In this document: positions 1 through 14,700 of the stretch, one piece after another
Numbering within the stretch: the first letter of the stretch is position 1
Layout: each line of letters opens with the position of its first letter
NCBI GenBank assembly: GCA_012295275.1
Contig: CM022672.1
Location: 7,688,001-7,752,000, forward strand
DNA length: 64,000 bases
Source of the DNA: Chrysomallon squamiferum
Taxonomy: Eukaryota; Animalia; Mollusca
Direction of reading: 5' to 3'
Position numbers and translations under genes: made by a program
The notes under the pieces: generated by a model
What the model was told of the DNA's origin: nothing
Seen by the model: the letters and a program-made list of their open reading frames with translations, nothing else
The model's database searches: none

Positions 1-104
1 AAATTTGCTGCTTTGCGTTAGAAAAGATACAAAAGAAATCATGACTTCATGAATAACACCATGTGGTTTTTTTTAACTTGTCAGAGGAACCAATTTTATC
101 TTAC

Positions 105-159
105 TGATGACCACGATATCGGCTAACGTTGGCATGTATTTATCAACTCGGTCATTCAT
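105..159 (-). CDS. Possible first coding exon of a gene running off the left edge (MNDRVDKYMPTLADIVVI...)
   Basis: Minus-strand ATGs at 159 and 135 are in frame and end at a good donor (A|GTAAGA, GT at 104-103). An acceptor-like CTTCCAG lies just upstream. Only 18 codons and no recognisable product. Confidence 0.3.
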
Positions 160-301
160 GGGGCCTCAGCTGGAAGTAGTTTTAGAAAAGCAGATTTTAT
201 TTGTATTTTTAGATGTTTATAAACAGGTTGATGACTGAATCATACCGCTAATTTCTCAGTTTATTATATAAATATTAAAATGTAACATGAATGTCTTAAA
301 A

Positions 302-332
<31 letters not shown>

Positions 333-1643
333 CAAAAACTTAATGCCTTCCTATAGTATAATATAAAATAAACTCTTATCGTGGTGATTAAAAAGAACAA
401 ACTGATTTTATTTATTTGATATTATATATGTTCTAGTGTCAGAAAAACAAAACAGCAAAATTCCGTATAATACTGTTTATTGATAATTTCTCTTTTTTTT
501 TTTTTATCAACAATTTGCCATAAAGAAGTCTATTTCATTTATTGATTAAAAATAATTTCGTCTTAAAAAGTTGAATACCTGTGTACTTTTAATCTAATGG
601 ATCTTTTTGTTTTCCTGGCTCTAAGGCCAGATTGGTGCTTGTTCAGGAAGGGGTAAATAAAAAATATAGAAGAAAAGCGGGAAGTTTGTAATACGTCATT
701 TCCTTGCAGTGGACGAGACTTAGTATTTCTTAGTGAGGTTGGGAAAACTGTTCCCAGTAGCTTAATTAGAAAATGTCAACATACACAATGAATCTCAGTT
801 GATAAAGATATTCCAGGTTATAATGAATGAATATGTTTCAAATAGCAAAATAAATAAAATTAAACCTGAGTTTAATATTTGTGTGATTGTGTGCTATCAA
901 TGTATCATTTTAGTTTTTAGTTTAAACTGTGTGATACATGTAACACTGATAATTTATTTTAATATTCGGGGTAGTAACTTTCAGACTTTGCACTTATAGT
1001 TGGTAGTAAAATATAAATATGTTTTTGTAGAAAGAATGAACAACTCACAGGTGTAAATAATTGAATTTTAAGAATATTTTGCTCTTAGTTTACATGTTTA
1101 TTTTTAACTGGAACGCGGTGCTGATTTAAACTGATGTGTAATCTAATACATTATTATTATACAGTAGCGTGATTGTATTTTGAGGACTTTAAAGCATGAA
1201 CTGTAAAACAAAAAAAAAATCTCATATTCATTTCCGTCTATTGTAATACTGACAAAACTTACAAATATGAAGAAATAAACATTCATAGATAAATAGATTG
1301 ATGGATATATATGATTGAGATATATATTAATGAAACTATTTTTATTGTCTCTTTTTTTTTTTTTTTTTTTATCGGGTTATACACTAATTTTATTTATATT
1401 CTGTTAGGAGCATAAGCTGAAATTGTTTGTTTTAGGAGAATGTGGTAGTTCATCACAAAAGAAGCTAGATTTAAGTTATATAATTCATTCCTGAGTATAA
1501 CCTAATAAGAAGAAAAGAATCAAAATTATGCTTCCTTTTTTTAAGCTAAATACCTCTTTACATATAAGTATAAAAATTTACTTTTTCCCTTTAAATCAGA
1601 TTCAGATTCCCTATGGTTGTCAAGGGTGAAGCTGATGCAGACC

Positions 1644-4600
1644 ATGGAAACCAATAAATCAGTCAATAAGTGGAATTAGTAGAAAGGTTTTAGAAGACGA
1701 CATAGCTGTAATCCAGTTAGAAGGAATTCCAGATAAGATTTATCTCGGACAAATAGCTACTGGCTTTGAAAAATGGAAACCTGCAGAAAATTGCCAACCA
1801 GAGGACAAAAACAAATGGAAAGATTTTTCTCCACAGAAATCACAAAATTTGGTCTGCATTGTGGATACTGATACATTAACAACAATGAAGGAGACAAGTA
1901 GCTGTGAAGAACAAAGTGAAAATATATTAGTTGAAAAAGTTGACTATGTTTATTCTAATAAAGAAAGTATTTATCAGAAACCAGTCCTTTCTTGAAGATG
2001 CTACGAAGACATTCTGTTGACAAGTCAAAAAGTAAAATTAAAACTGTGCGTCGTCAAAGAACAGTTGATAAATTTTTGTCAAGTGCCTGTTATGAAACAA
2101 GTCTGCAAGTAAACTCATCAGCTAGCCCAAAAGTTACTGTTAGTGAGAACAAGGAGAGATTCTTAATGAATGAAAAAGACAAAGTGAAACCATCCAGTGT
2201 TGTTAATGAAACTAACTCTTTTATGATGAAAACTGACTCAAATGAAAAATCAGAAGCATCAAGCTTAATAAAGGCAAAAAATAAAAACCGTTCATTGACA
2301 GTTAAAAGATTGGGAAAAAACAAAACTGTCAAGAGGGAAAATGAACCAAGAATAAAAGTGTGTTCTGCATCTGAAGAGGAAAAATCCAGTACAACTGTCT
2401 GTGCATCAGCAGTTTGTGTTCCAGAAACTAAATTGATTGGAAATTCTTCCTCAGATAATGACTGTTTAATTACTTCCAAAACTATATTAAATAGTGATTC
2501 TTTTAATACTTGCTCAGCTGTGGTAAATAGTGACTGTTTAAATATTTCCTCAACTGTGGTAAATGGTGACAGTTTAAATACTTCCTCAACTGGGGTAAAT
2601 AGCAACAGTTTAAATAGATCATCAAATGTGGTAACCAATGATGGTTGGTTTTATTATTCAATGAGAAGAAGAAAATTGCACACCTACAAACCCAGGTCAC
2701 GAAATATGACAATGAAGTCTTCAACCTCAACTTCAGATTATCCATCATCATCACCATCTCCAGAAAGTACTGCTAAGAGAATAAAAAGTCAAAGAGTGAG
2801 CAAAAAGTTCCAGCAAAGAATTTCAGAGTCCAATTCAGAATCACCAACTTTCTACAATACTGCAGACAAACCAGAAACATTTGCATTAAAAGATAATGAA
2901 TTGAAGCAGTCAGTTTTGAATGTCAGCAGTCATGGACTATTAGTTTCAGGATGCCAGTTAACAGATGGACAATATTCAAGTCATACATTACATGTCTCTG
3001 AAGATCAACAACCAAACTGTGACAAAGACAAATCTCCTGTCAAGTTAAGTGATGATGTATTTTCTCTTTGTCTGTCTCCTTGTTCAGATAACACAGTGCA
3101 GTTGGCAGTAGCAGATGAAAGTGAGGTCTTCAGCATTTCTTCAAATTCACCATTTGAAAGTTTGAAATTTGATATAGTTGATCATTTAGTAAAAAAATTG
3201 AGATCTGATAGCAGCATTACAGAGAATGAAAATGAGAAGGTTTCTGACTGTACAGAATATTTACAGGCTGATAACATAGGACTAACTGAGTCTGTTACGG
3301 AAAGTAATAAAAATAAGTCACTTATACTTGAGCAGTTACCAGATCATGAAACTGGCAAAAATAAATGTACATGTGATAAAGTCGGAGATGATACTGTTTC
3401 TGTCTGTGAGAAGAAAGCAGATGAAAAAGATTTTGACAAGAATGGAGTAAACAGCAGCACTATTCAAGATGATGTTGGCACTTTAAACCAAAAACAACAA
3501 CACACCCGAATCAGCTCTTTGATAACATGTAAGAGTGACTCTGAACAAAGATACAACACAAAAAATAATGGTGAAAGTTCAAACATTTATGCCAATGATC
3601 TTTATAACAACACATCTGTTGACAGCAGAGAACTTGAACTAAATTCAGAAAAGTATCCTCATAACCCAGAAATTGACATTTGTACGGGAGAAAGACAAAA
3701 AAATTCAACTTCAGACACATCTTCTGACAATGAAATTAGACAAGACTCCAGTTTATCTGACTCTCTATATGAAGGAGGTAATTTGAAAGAAGATTCTCTT
3801 TGCCTTCAATTACTTACTGATGCTGCCATGATTACAACAAAACAGCAACCACCTTTATCTATCTGTGGCCAGTCAAATGAAGCAAATGCATTTCAAGAAT
3901 TACCTGAGGATGTTTCAAGTCTATTTTCTAATAGGATCCCTTCTTTTGGTAATTCCCAGTTTTGTGACAAAGAATCCAAAACTGAAATAATTACTGGAAG
4001 TAATAACCAGTTACTTTCACTGACAAATATAAAACATTCTGGTGATAACAGAAAGATTGATCAAGTAACTGAGACTGGCAGGAATTTTTGTGAAAGAGTT
4101 GTTGACCAGACATTGGTTTCAAAGCCTTTCAGAAGTAATAGTTGTTGTCAAACAGTTACAGGTTTAGAGAACCAGATTACAGAATCAGTGTTTTCTTCAG
4201 ATATAGAACAAATAACAAACAAACACAAATCAGAGATAGAAAATATTATCAAACAGCTACATCAAAGTTTGATCACATATAATAGTGACACATGCAAGAA
4301 GAACTTGGTTGAAATGCTGGACAATTTGAGGGAGATGGAAGCATGTACATCTTCCAGTGAAGGCAGCCAGACAGATTTCTTACATCAAAGAAATGTGGAT
4401 AATTTGTCAGACATTGCATTGGATGACGTAGTTATATCTGACAGTGGAGTGGAATGTGTGGTTACAGTTATCTCTGAACAAATGGTAGGTAAATTCACTC
4501 CTGGGGAAGAAGATTTCTGGCTTCTCAAAGAGGCCCTGAATTGTTTTCAAGAAAATCCTGTTGAAAATGTCATAGATAACAGAGTGCATGAAGATGGAAC

Positions 4601-7600
4601 ATATTCTGGTTCAGTAGCATCTGAACAGAAAAGAGATAATGTTGAAGAAACAGATGTCTTATCTGAAAATGAAGTGCTGGATGAAACAAAGACAGACAGT
4701 GTGCTGCCATTACATTCCAAGACAAATTCTGAAATAAAAATTTTCTTGGAAAGAATTGACCAGAAAGATAGCTTTCTTATAGATGACCAGCATCTTGTTA
4801 GGAGAGATAACAATAAAAGCAGTTTTTGGAAAGTCTGTTATAACAACAAGGAATTAGTAACCAACTGTTCATTAATCAGTGAAAAACTGTTAATGGATAA
4901 AAGTGATGGCAGCCTTGACAAAATAAGTTTAGAACCAAAGAACAAGTCATCAAAACCAAAGATGAAACAATGTAACTTGATTAGAACACATGGCGATAAT
5001 GGAAATCTGAAAATAAAACAGACTTCTAACAAACATTGTGCTCTGAAAAAGGAAAGAGGTAAAGGGGATCTTAAACATTCATTTTCACAAAAGAACAAGG
5101 TTGAAGTGATGATAAAAAAGAAAGACATGGTAACTGGGGATTCTGTCACCTGTGATCTGGAAAAACAGAGTGTTAAAAACTCGGATTTTGAAAAAGCAAT
5201 AACTGCTTCAGAATTAGTGCCAATGAAATCGAGAAGAAGTAAAGTTTGTACAAAGAAGTCTTCTTTCAAACTGAAGAAACTTGATCATCAGAAATCAGTT
5301 TCTACTTTGTTACCAGGGCTTTCCAAGAAATCACCTCAGTCTAAACAGTTAGCAGGAAATAGTAAGAAATCACTTCAGTCTAAACAGTTAGCAGGAAATA
5401 GTAACAAATCACCACAATCTAAACATTTAGCATGGAAAAGTAACAAAGCACCTCAATCTAAACAGTTACCAGGGACTAGTAAGAAATCACCTCAATCTAA
5501 ACAGTTAGCATGGAATAGTAACAAATCTCAGTCTAAACAGTTAGCATGGAATAGTAAGAAATCACCTCAGTCTAAATTGGCTCAAAAGATTATTCGACAA
5601 AGAAACAATTTGATTAAAAAATCCTCACCATTATTTCCCTCAGGTAAAATTGTACCATTTCAAGATATTATTTCTTCAGCAAGTTTGAAATCATCTGACA
5701 CATTTAGTACAAGTTTTAGAAGAACTAATCAAACTCAGTTAAATAATTCAGACACTGACTGGCATAGGTCACCATTAGAGCTGTGTAATGTAAAATGTGA
5801 AAGTGTTAAATTTAAAACAAAGAAAGATGATCTGACTCTGTCCAAATCATCTAGCAGTTGTACTGAGAGGAAATCAAAACACCTGGACAGTATGTCAGAT
5901 GAGTCAAAGTCTTCTATAAATAATGATTGTTCAGAAAAATCTCAACTCGTATTAAGATTAGAATCTGTCCTGAATTCAACATCAGACCTTGAAACATCAT
6001 CATCATCTATTCCTGGATCCTCAACTCCAGTGCCTGGAAAACAAAAACATCATCATATTGTCATGTTTTCTCCCATTGTCCACACCTTGTCTTCCACTAC
6101 ACAAGTTGAAGCTGTTTCAAAAACATCCACATCTACTGCAAAAAGCATTCTAAAGAATAGCACATCAAATATCCTGTCTTCATTGAAATATTCATCTTCT
6201 GAAGTTACTGAAAACAAGCATGAAGGAAATGATTTAGAACTCAGAAATGTAATTTGTTCAAGGTTATTTGAAGATGAGTGTTTATTAGAGAATGGTGCTG
6301 GTCTTGGAAACACAGACGATCTGTCTGTGAATAGTGGCTGTCTAACAAACAAGGGCTCCATGATACAAGACACAACAATTCCTGGTCATTCTGAAGACAT
6401 ATATGGACTGGAAATTAGTCAAAACAGTACAGAAAGCATGAACATCATGGAAGATCATTTCACTTTTTCTGCTGATGAAATAAATGGTACAGATTTCTTC
6501 TCTGCCAATGACACTGATACTGAGAATGAATCAGTTCTGGGAAATGGTCAAAACAAAATAACAGATCCTGACATCAGCATTAAAAATCCAGTTCAGATGC
6601 AAAGTTGTCATAATGAAAAGAGTGAAAACAACAGTAAATCTGAGACAGCCCTAGTGGATATATCACTGACTGTGTTTGAATCCAGCAATGACTCAGTGTT
6701 TGATGATAACAGTGATGTCATGTATAACACCACAGTAGATTTAAACAATGAGGAGATGAACTCTGAGGATCTGGAAGGATATGGAAGCCAAGTAGAAGGT
6801 TCACTGCTGCAACTTTCATCAGACTATGACAGTTTTTCAAGTTGTAGAAGCAGTGAATCTGACATGAATGATAAGACTTTTGAAAATGAAAGTGAAACAG
6901 TGACTAATGATGTAGCTGGAACAAGCAGTAATAAAGAAAAAGGGTTGAAATGTGAATCTGATTCCAGGTCAGATGGTGAAAACAACACACAGTCAGACTG
7001 TCCTAATCTCACTTCAGATGTTTCTGTTATGAGTAACAAAGAGAATTTCCAAGCAGTAGATAGTAAAGACGATGATCATACTGATGATGATGATGATGTA
7101 ATTTCCCTGTTAGCTCCTTCAGATGCATCCTTTCTTTCTGATGAGGAGGTTGAACAAAAAGACACAAAACAAAGGTAAGTCAGTATTTTATGATTAAGAC
7201 AGTTTGGTAAGTAACTAAATATCACACTATTAAGGTTGATAACTAAGTATCACTGAATTGAATTATATGGATTATATTATTTGTTTTCGTGATTTAAGTT
7301 TTAATAATGAGATATTTTCTTTATTTTCTTTAAAACTGATCTATAAACAGATAACAGAATGAAAAAAATAATTTTAATAAACTTATGTACAACTTCATTT
7401 AATTCTGTTCTCTAATTGTTATTGCAGCATCCACAAACCTGTGACTAGTACCCTTAGTGAGAAGACTTCTACCTCTACATTAGCTGTGAAGCCGAACTCA
7501 CCTAAAAATAAAAACCTGAACCAAATATCACATACCAGGAGAAATGAAAACAAATCTGAAAAACAAAAACCAGACTTTAAAAATAAGAATGCACAACGGC

Positions 7601-10600
7601 TGAAGGAAGATCACAAATCTAATGATAAATCAGTAATCAGTAAACATAAACCACCGGTGAGACATTTTTTGTATTGCAGCATTCAGATAACAAATATTTC
7701 TTACAAAATAATTGTTTTAATTGTAACAGTAATTGTAAAATTTTAAGTTTTGATTTTAATGTAATGATTTATATTTCTGAATATTAACCCTACAAATGTA
7801 TGATCATAATAGTTCAAATAGTTATTTGCGTAATCTCTCAAACTTCCTATCTTAGACGTTTTAATTGTCAAGACAGTGAAATATATAATAAAATAATCTT
7901 TAATATTGTGTTATTTTTCAGAACAAGAATTATGCTGAAACATTTGGTGGACTTGCTCAACAGAAAAACATATTACGGTATTTATAATTACATTTATTGC
8001 CTCTATGAACAAATATGTAATTTGATGACAGTTGTGATTTGAAAAATTAATTTCAGTTTGGTGGCTGTCTACAAATATACCATAAAAATGTATATTGTAA
8101 GCATAGTATGACTCATAGCTTACTGAAAAAAGAAATAATGTCAAGTTTACAATATATATATATATATATTGTAAACTTGACACACACAGACACACATACA
8201 CATATATTTGATTTTTTTTATTTTCCAGATTAAACCAAAATGAAAATCAGTCAGTAATGGCAGGACTTCAACTTGATCTGCCTCCTCAAGTTTTACTTAA
8301 TATTCTGGAAAACAGCATCAACTATGGCCACATCCTCAGAGTGTTCCAGGTCATGAAAAAACTGTATTCCCATCCACTAGTTCTGAATGCGAAGTAGGTT
8401 ATGTTGTAAAATAAAAAGGATAGAGAAACATTAACTGTATTAATAGATTTGTTGCTGTATATCAGTTCTTTATATTTAGTTTTATACTTTATTATTAGTA
8501 AAGGACAGTGTTCATTAAAACAATACAGTAACGTGCAAGTGTATGAACTGTATATGTGTTATTTGTTTGCATTAGCAGGTAAATTTGATTTTTTTTTTTG
8601 TTTGGAAAGTAAGTAAAAATGAATTATTTTCTAAATTAGCTTCATAATACAGCTGTTTGTTAGTGTTCAGCAGTGTTTTACTAATTTTTAAGATTCAGGT
8701 AGATTTGGAACTGTTTATTCTAAAACCACATTTGTGATATTTATTTTTATACATCATATGTAAATTAAAAAAAGTATGTACAGTACCTTTCTGGTATTTG
8801 ATTTTATCTATCAGTTTTGACTAATATATATATTTTTTTGAAAGTTGAAAGAATATTTTCTATTGTGTTTTTTTTCTTAATGTAACTTAATAAATAATTG
8901 TTTTATTTTTATTGTACATATCTATATCTCTATATATATACACACACACACACACACACATTTTATTATTTTTTTTTTTCTAGTTTATTTAACCGAGTTT
9001 TACGAATGTGTCACCCGTTTCGACGAGATTGCCAGTGTGAATTGTTGGAGATGTTTGACAGAGTGAGAAAACTCAACATTGTCCCTGATGTTGACTGTGT
9101 CGTCTCACTCATCAGGTTTAACTCTTTGCCTGTTTTAAACAAAATTTATCTCATTCTGAAAATACAAAATAAATCTTTATAAGGATTCAAGTCTCCTTAT
9201 TCATGAATGATAAAAAAAAATAATATATTTTACAGTTTAGCATTTTGGTATAGATTTAGGCTAATTTTTTCAGTTCATTTAACATATTTAAATGGTTTAT
9301 GTTTCAGATATGTTCAAGATAATATAAAACTGTTGTGTAGGTAGAAAAAATATTGTAATTGCTAAAAAAAAAAAAAAAAAAAAAAAAAAATGAATCAAAA
9401 CAATAGCCTCAGTTTCTTCTAATGCATGTTTAAAAGAATCATGGTTCATATTTCATCTGATAAAAAAAATATTGAAGCATTTACATAATTAGTTGTATTA
9501 TATTAATATATATATATAAAAGTATAGTTTTTGTTTAAAAATGAGGTACATTGAATAATTGCAATTAATTTATTTTTTATTTTTTCAGAGCTTTTATAGA
9601 GAGTGAAAACTGGGAGATGATGTGGCAGGTTTTTATGTATGTGTGTGAAAAAGCTCAGTTTATCATTCCAGTGAGAGTACAGGAAATGATATGTCAGGCA
9701 TGTCTCAATGATCCAGACAAGTACGGCTTGCGTGGCATTCAGTGGCTGCGTGTCATGTTCAGAGAGCAGTTTGTGCAGTATCTACCCGATGTTAACCATA
9801 ATGTAAGATAAAACAAAATTCTGTTAACTCCAGAAAGTTAAAGTTATTTAAATTATTTAAATTTGGATATCTGTTAATCTTTTTAAACCAAGCAATTAAA
9901 TTTCAACCAAAGCTAAAATATTTTTTTTTTATCGCTTTTAATGATTTTGCCATTACAGTTATTTCATAATGTTGTTTTTAATTAATAATAGATATTCAGC
10001 TAAGCTGTTTGTAGAGATTCAAAAATAGATATTACACATTTAGGCAGTTTTGTTTGAAAGTTCAGGGTGTTGGTACAGTTTATATGTGAAACTGAGGTTC
10101 AAAATGTTAAGAATGCTAGAAATATGTTTGTAATTTTGTCTCTCACTAAAAGTCATAAATGGCAACTTCAAAACTGTAAAGTTATTAGCCCATTTTCTAT
10201 TTCTGTATATAATTTATTCATTATTTATTTTATGTCACAACATCTTATTGATGTTTTTATATTGTGATTTCAGATCCTCGTAGACATGGCAGAACTCTGT
10301 GTTAATCACAATGAGAGATCAGTAGCCTTGCAGCTTAAACAGGCCATCTCACCGACTGAACCAGTGAGATACAAAGTCTTTTTAAATTGTTTAAGACTAA
10401 TTAGTTCCTATCAAATTAAATTCACATTTTAGAATTAATTCTACTTAAAAGTTTGTTTCATGGTATGTAATAAAATTAGCCATGTATCATCTTGTTATCA
10501 CTTTCTGTAGATTTCATTTCTAAGACCCCCAAAATACATCTAAATGTTTTATTTTAAAATTATTTCTTTTGTTCACCATTTCCTTGCTTGGCATCTCAAC

Positions 10601-11703
10601 AGAGATTCGGATGATAAATATTAATAAACAATATATTTCCACTTTTTAAGGGAAAATCATTTGAATATAATATGAAATAATATTCAAGGTCATTACTTTC
10701 ATATTCTGGCTCCTTTCAGATGGTTTACATATTTATAAAATTTCTTGATCAATAAAATTTTGTTTGTTATTGACTAGTAGCTGTTTTTCTTAGGTCACAA
10801 TTGGACTTGAAGATGAAGAAGATGTACGTCTTGTCTACAGTGATGATTTGCAGATATTTGCGTGCAGAATACAGGTAAAAATATTTTTAGATTTATTACA
10901 TACATAATCAGTTTTATAATTAGTTAAGTGGAATGGTTTGTTTAAATGATAATTTCAATATTAGTTCATGGAAATAAATCACAGAAAACAGTTCTGGTAT
11001 TACAATTACATTGAATGTTTTAAATCTGTGCCAATGGTTGTCATATCAGCTCATTGTGGGGTTTATAAAATTGGTTTTTTCTTTCATCATTTGAAGCAGC
11101 TTACTTGATTCTTACATTTCATAGAATTTTTATCTTTTTTGGTTTCGTTTATTTCTGGTAATTGGAAATTAATGTAATCAATCAATCAGTTAATTATATT
11201 TACATATTAAGAGGGATCTATCATATGACTGACTTAAAATGAACTGAAAATGTATACATTCAGATATGGACTGTAAACAGTAATTTATTAATTTCCCATG
11301 GTGCTTTGCCATGCTGTTAGCTATGGTTAGTGCTTTTTACTGAAAGGTCAGGTCAGTAAAAAGAAATGACATGAGCTGTGAAACATAGTTAAATAAAAAT
11401 CTGTTAAAACTTAGAATTGATTAAATTGTTGGCAGTTTAGACCAAATGTAGTTTAACACCCAGTTTGTTCTGTTCAACATCATTCAGACTTCATTAAGAT
11501 CACCATTAACTCACTGTGTCACTGTGTTCATTACTTATGCACCAATGAAACCATTTTCAGCTTAACCAGTGAAACATATTGTATTAACAATCCACATTAC
11601 AATAATTTAATATTACTTTTAGCTATTATGTTTTATCTTGTAATGTATTTGTGTGTGTATGGTGATGTGTATACATACATACATACATACATACATACAT
11701 ACA

Positions 11704-11735
<32 letters not shown>

Positions 11736-14700
11736 CATACATACATATACATACATACATACATACATACATATACATAATACATACATACATACATATA
11801 CATTTTCATACATATAACATACTGTTTTTTTGTATAATATTTATCTATTTCCATTTATACTGATTATCAATTTTATTATTTTTAAAAGATTTTTAAAATT
11901 AGATTTTGTGTTATATTTTTCAGGGCTGCAGTCTAACAAAGAACTGGCGATACTTGGCTCAGACTTACATAGATATTTGTGCCAGCAGTCGAGTGAATAA
12001 CAAACAACTTTTTAACATTTACTGTCAGGCTTTTTTTGACTTGAAGAGCACGCAGCAAATAGTGTATTCCTTCAGAGAGTTCCTGCATAATGTGGTGAAA
12101 AATTACCAACGAGGTCAGTTTGCACAAAATCCCTAAATCATCACTAAATTAATTTTTCAAAAACAAAATTTAAAATGTTCCGTTAAATTAACAAGAAAAT
12201 CATTAGTTTTTAAGTTTATTGTTTTAATTCTGTTATAAATGAATAATTTGTTTCATTTGATTATTTATTTTATTCTATTTCAGTTCATTTAATTTAATTT
12301 ATTTATTTATTATGGTGATTTTTTTTATACAAAGTGTTTCCAGTGATGTCAGTTAATTTAATGATGTATTTGAACATAAAGGTATGTCCAGATTAAGCTG
12401 TATCATATAGACTAGCAGTTATTTGATAGGTTGTCAGATCAGAATGTCATCTCATTTCTGTAACTAATTTCCTAATCCACTAATCTGAGCATTGTTGTGG
12501 ACAGCACATCAAGAAGACTTCAAACAGTTAGTCCAGATTAGGAGTATTCAACAACATCTCTCTGTGATTATTAACACATTAAAGCTCTCCCCACAAATCC
12601 TAGATAAAATAATACACACTGAATTGTGACTGAAATGAAATTATTCAGTTTAAGCCTAAAAATATAATTATATACCAACAAATGTTTAAATTATTACTAA
12701 CTGTATATTAAAATATACTTTACTCTCTTTTTTAAAATATTGTTGTATTTTTCTGACTGTTACTATTTTGTGAGCTGACATGTTTGATTGCAGATAAACA
12801 CATGTTCAGACTGGACTGGTCTACGATCGGTCAGATTGGCAGAACGCTGCTGTTTGAATGTTACAACTCCAGTAATATGAGCGACACTTACACACTATTC
12901 TTGGAGTTACTTAAATTCAAACTGCCATGTCGCAGTCAAAGTCATGTCTTGGATCAGCACTTTTTAGCAGTGGCCATGGAAACATGCATTCATCTGGAAG
13001 AGTGTACTCTGTGTGTTCAGATATTTGAAGGTAATACAATTTTAAATGACCAATATTCTTGAGAATGACAAGTATTTATGTGTGCTCTTCTACAGATTTG
13101 GCACAAAGTTCTGTGTAAGCTACAAAGTACTTGTATACATGCATGCACAGATGAATGCATAATACATACATGAAACATAAATCATAATTTCTCCCTAGAC
13201 TGAATAATGTCCATAATCCTGTTACTAAAATGTAAAGCCTCCTCTCCAAATATTTTTTTTTTCTGTTTTAACAGGTTTCATTGCATACATACAATTGTTT
13301 ACACCCCCCCCCACACACACCCACACACCATTCACAGACACAGACAGACATGCTTTTTATTTGTTATATAAAAGATTATTTATGATTTTGATTTTGTTTG
13401 AAACTTGAATTTTTTAATGAATGTAAGGTGAATTAATTGTAGCAAAAAAAATTTCTTTGAAAAATCAGGTTTCTGTTGGCGAGCTGAAAACATGTCAAAC
13501 AGAGAGGAGCTGAACACTTTTTTAAATCTGCTCATGAAATTACTGAATAAACTTCTGAGAAGAGCTGACTGCAAGAATGCAGCCAGGATGCTTTCCTTGA
13601 TTCTTTGTCAGGAGAACGTCTGTATGTTTGAGTTTAGTTTACATGTGTTAGTCTTTTGTATTTTGAGTGAAGTTGCTTAAGGAATTATGATAAATTATGT
13701 CTTCTTGCTTATTATTATAATTTGTCTTGAGAGGTGGATCAGAATATTTGTTATGCTATTTTATAAAAAAAAAAAAAAACCCAACAAAACAACACTGTTT
13801 CATATTCATAATAAACATACCTGTGTGTGTATCTTCAGATTTAAAAATAGTAATTCTTTTTTTTTTTAACAGTTTTAATTACTTGGACTTTTACTTCTTA
13901 GTTTGAATGTTATATTTATATTTATTTAAAATAAATATATTTCTATGAAAAAAAAAAATTGTTTTATTATAGAATGTAATATATAATTTTGTTTCTAATT
14001 ACAGGTAACTCAGAAATAATTTTAGGTCCAGGTAAATATTTTTTACATTATTGGTCATATGGTTCATTGATTTAAAAATATTTTAGATTATTTTTGAGAA
14101 ATATTGGAACTTCAAAATATTGAAATAAATTCTGAAAATTAGTATTTATTTTTAAAATCTTAGTAATTAAATATGTATGAAATTATATTTGGCACAGCAT
14201 ATTAATTATGCATGTCTGTAACAATATTGAGACAAATGAGACGATTTTATTTTATTTTGTTTTATTTATTTATTTATTTATTTTTATACAAAGATTTTAT
14301 TTAAGAAATATAAAATATAAATCTGTATTCTGATAGAAATGATATCCACTGAATGAATTTGTTTATGTCTATGGTTACCATTTGAAGTCTGTCAACATTG
14401 TTGCAAAGAAGTGTTTTTGCCTCAATTCAAAAAGAGTCTGCTTACGATCTTGTTGTGTGACACCCTCTCTCACAATCTTTCACTCCCACCCTCATACACA
14501 TTTCACTCTCTGTCTCATTCTTTATCTCTAAACATGTAATTGTAAGGTTTTAAGAGAAAAAATGTTCTTTTTTTCGTTTAGATTTTGCTTGTCTGCAGAA
14601 TAATTTGATTTGTAAGGCAGTGAACATTGGTGATATGAAGTCGGCAGTGAAAATGTTCAACTTGTGCAGATCAGCTTTCTTCACTCTGGAGTGCCACACC

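Noticed and set aside
1981-1997. CTT TCT TGA as an antizyme-like programmed +1 frameshift site
   Set aside because: The required shift is -1, not +1, and no X XXY YYZ slippery heptamer or downstream structure is evident.
11619-11854. YVCM-repeat ORFs, plus the RERE/SLSL (38065-38253), poly-F (56734-56969) and poly-I (63354-63636) ORFs
   Set aside because: Translations of microsatellites and homopolymer runs.
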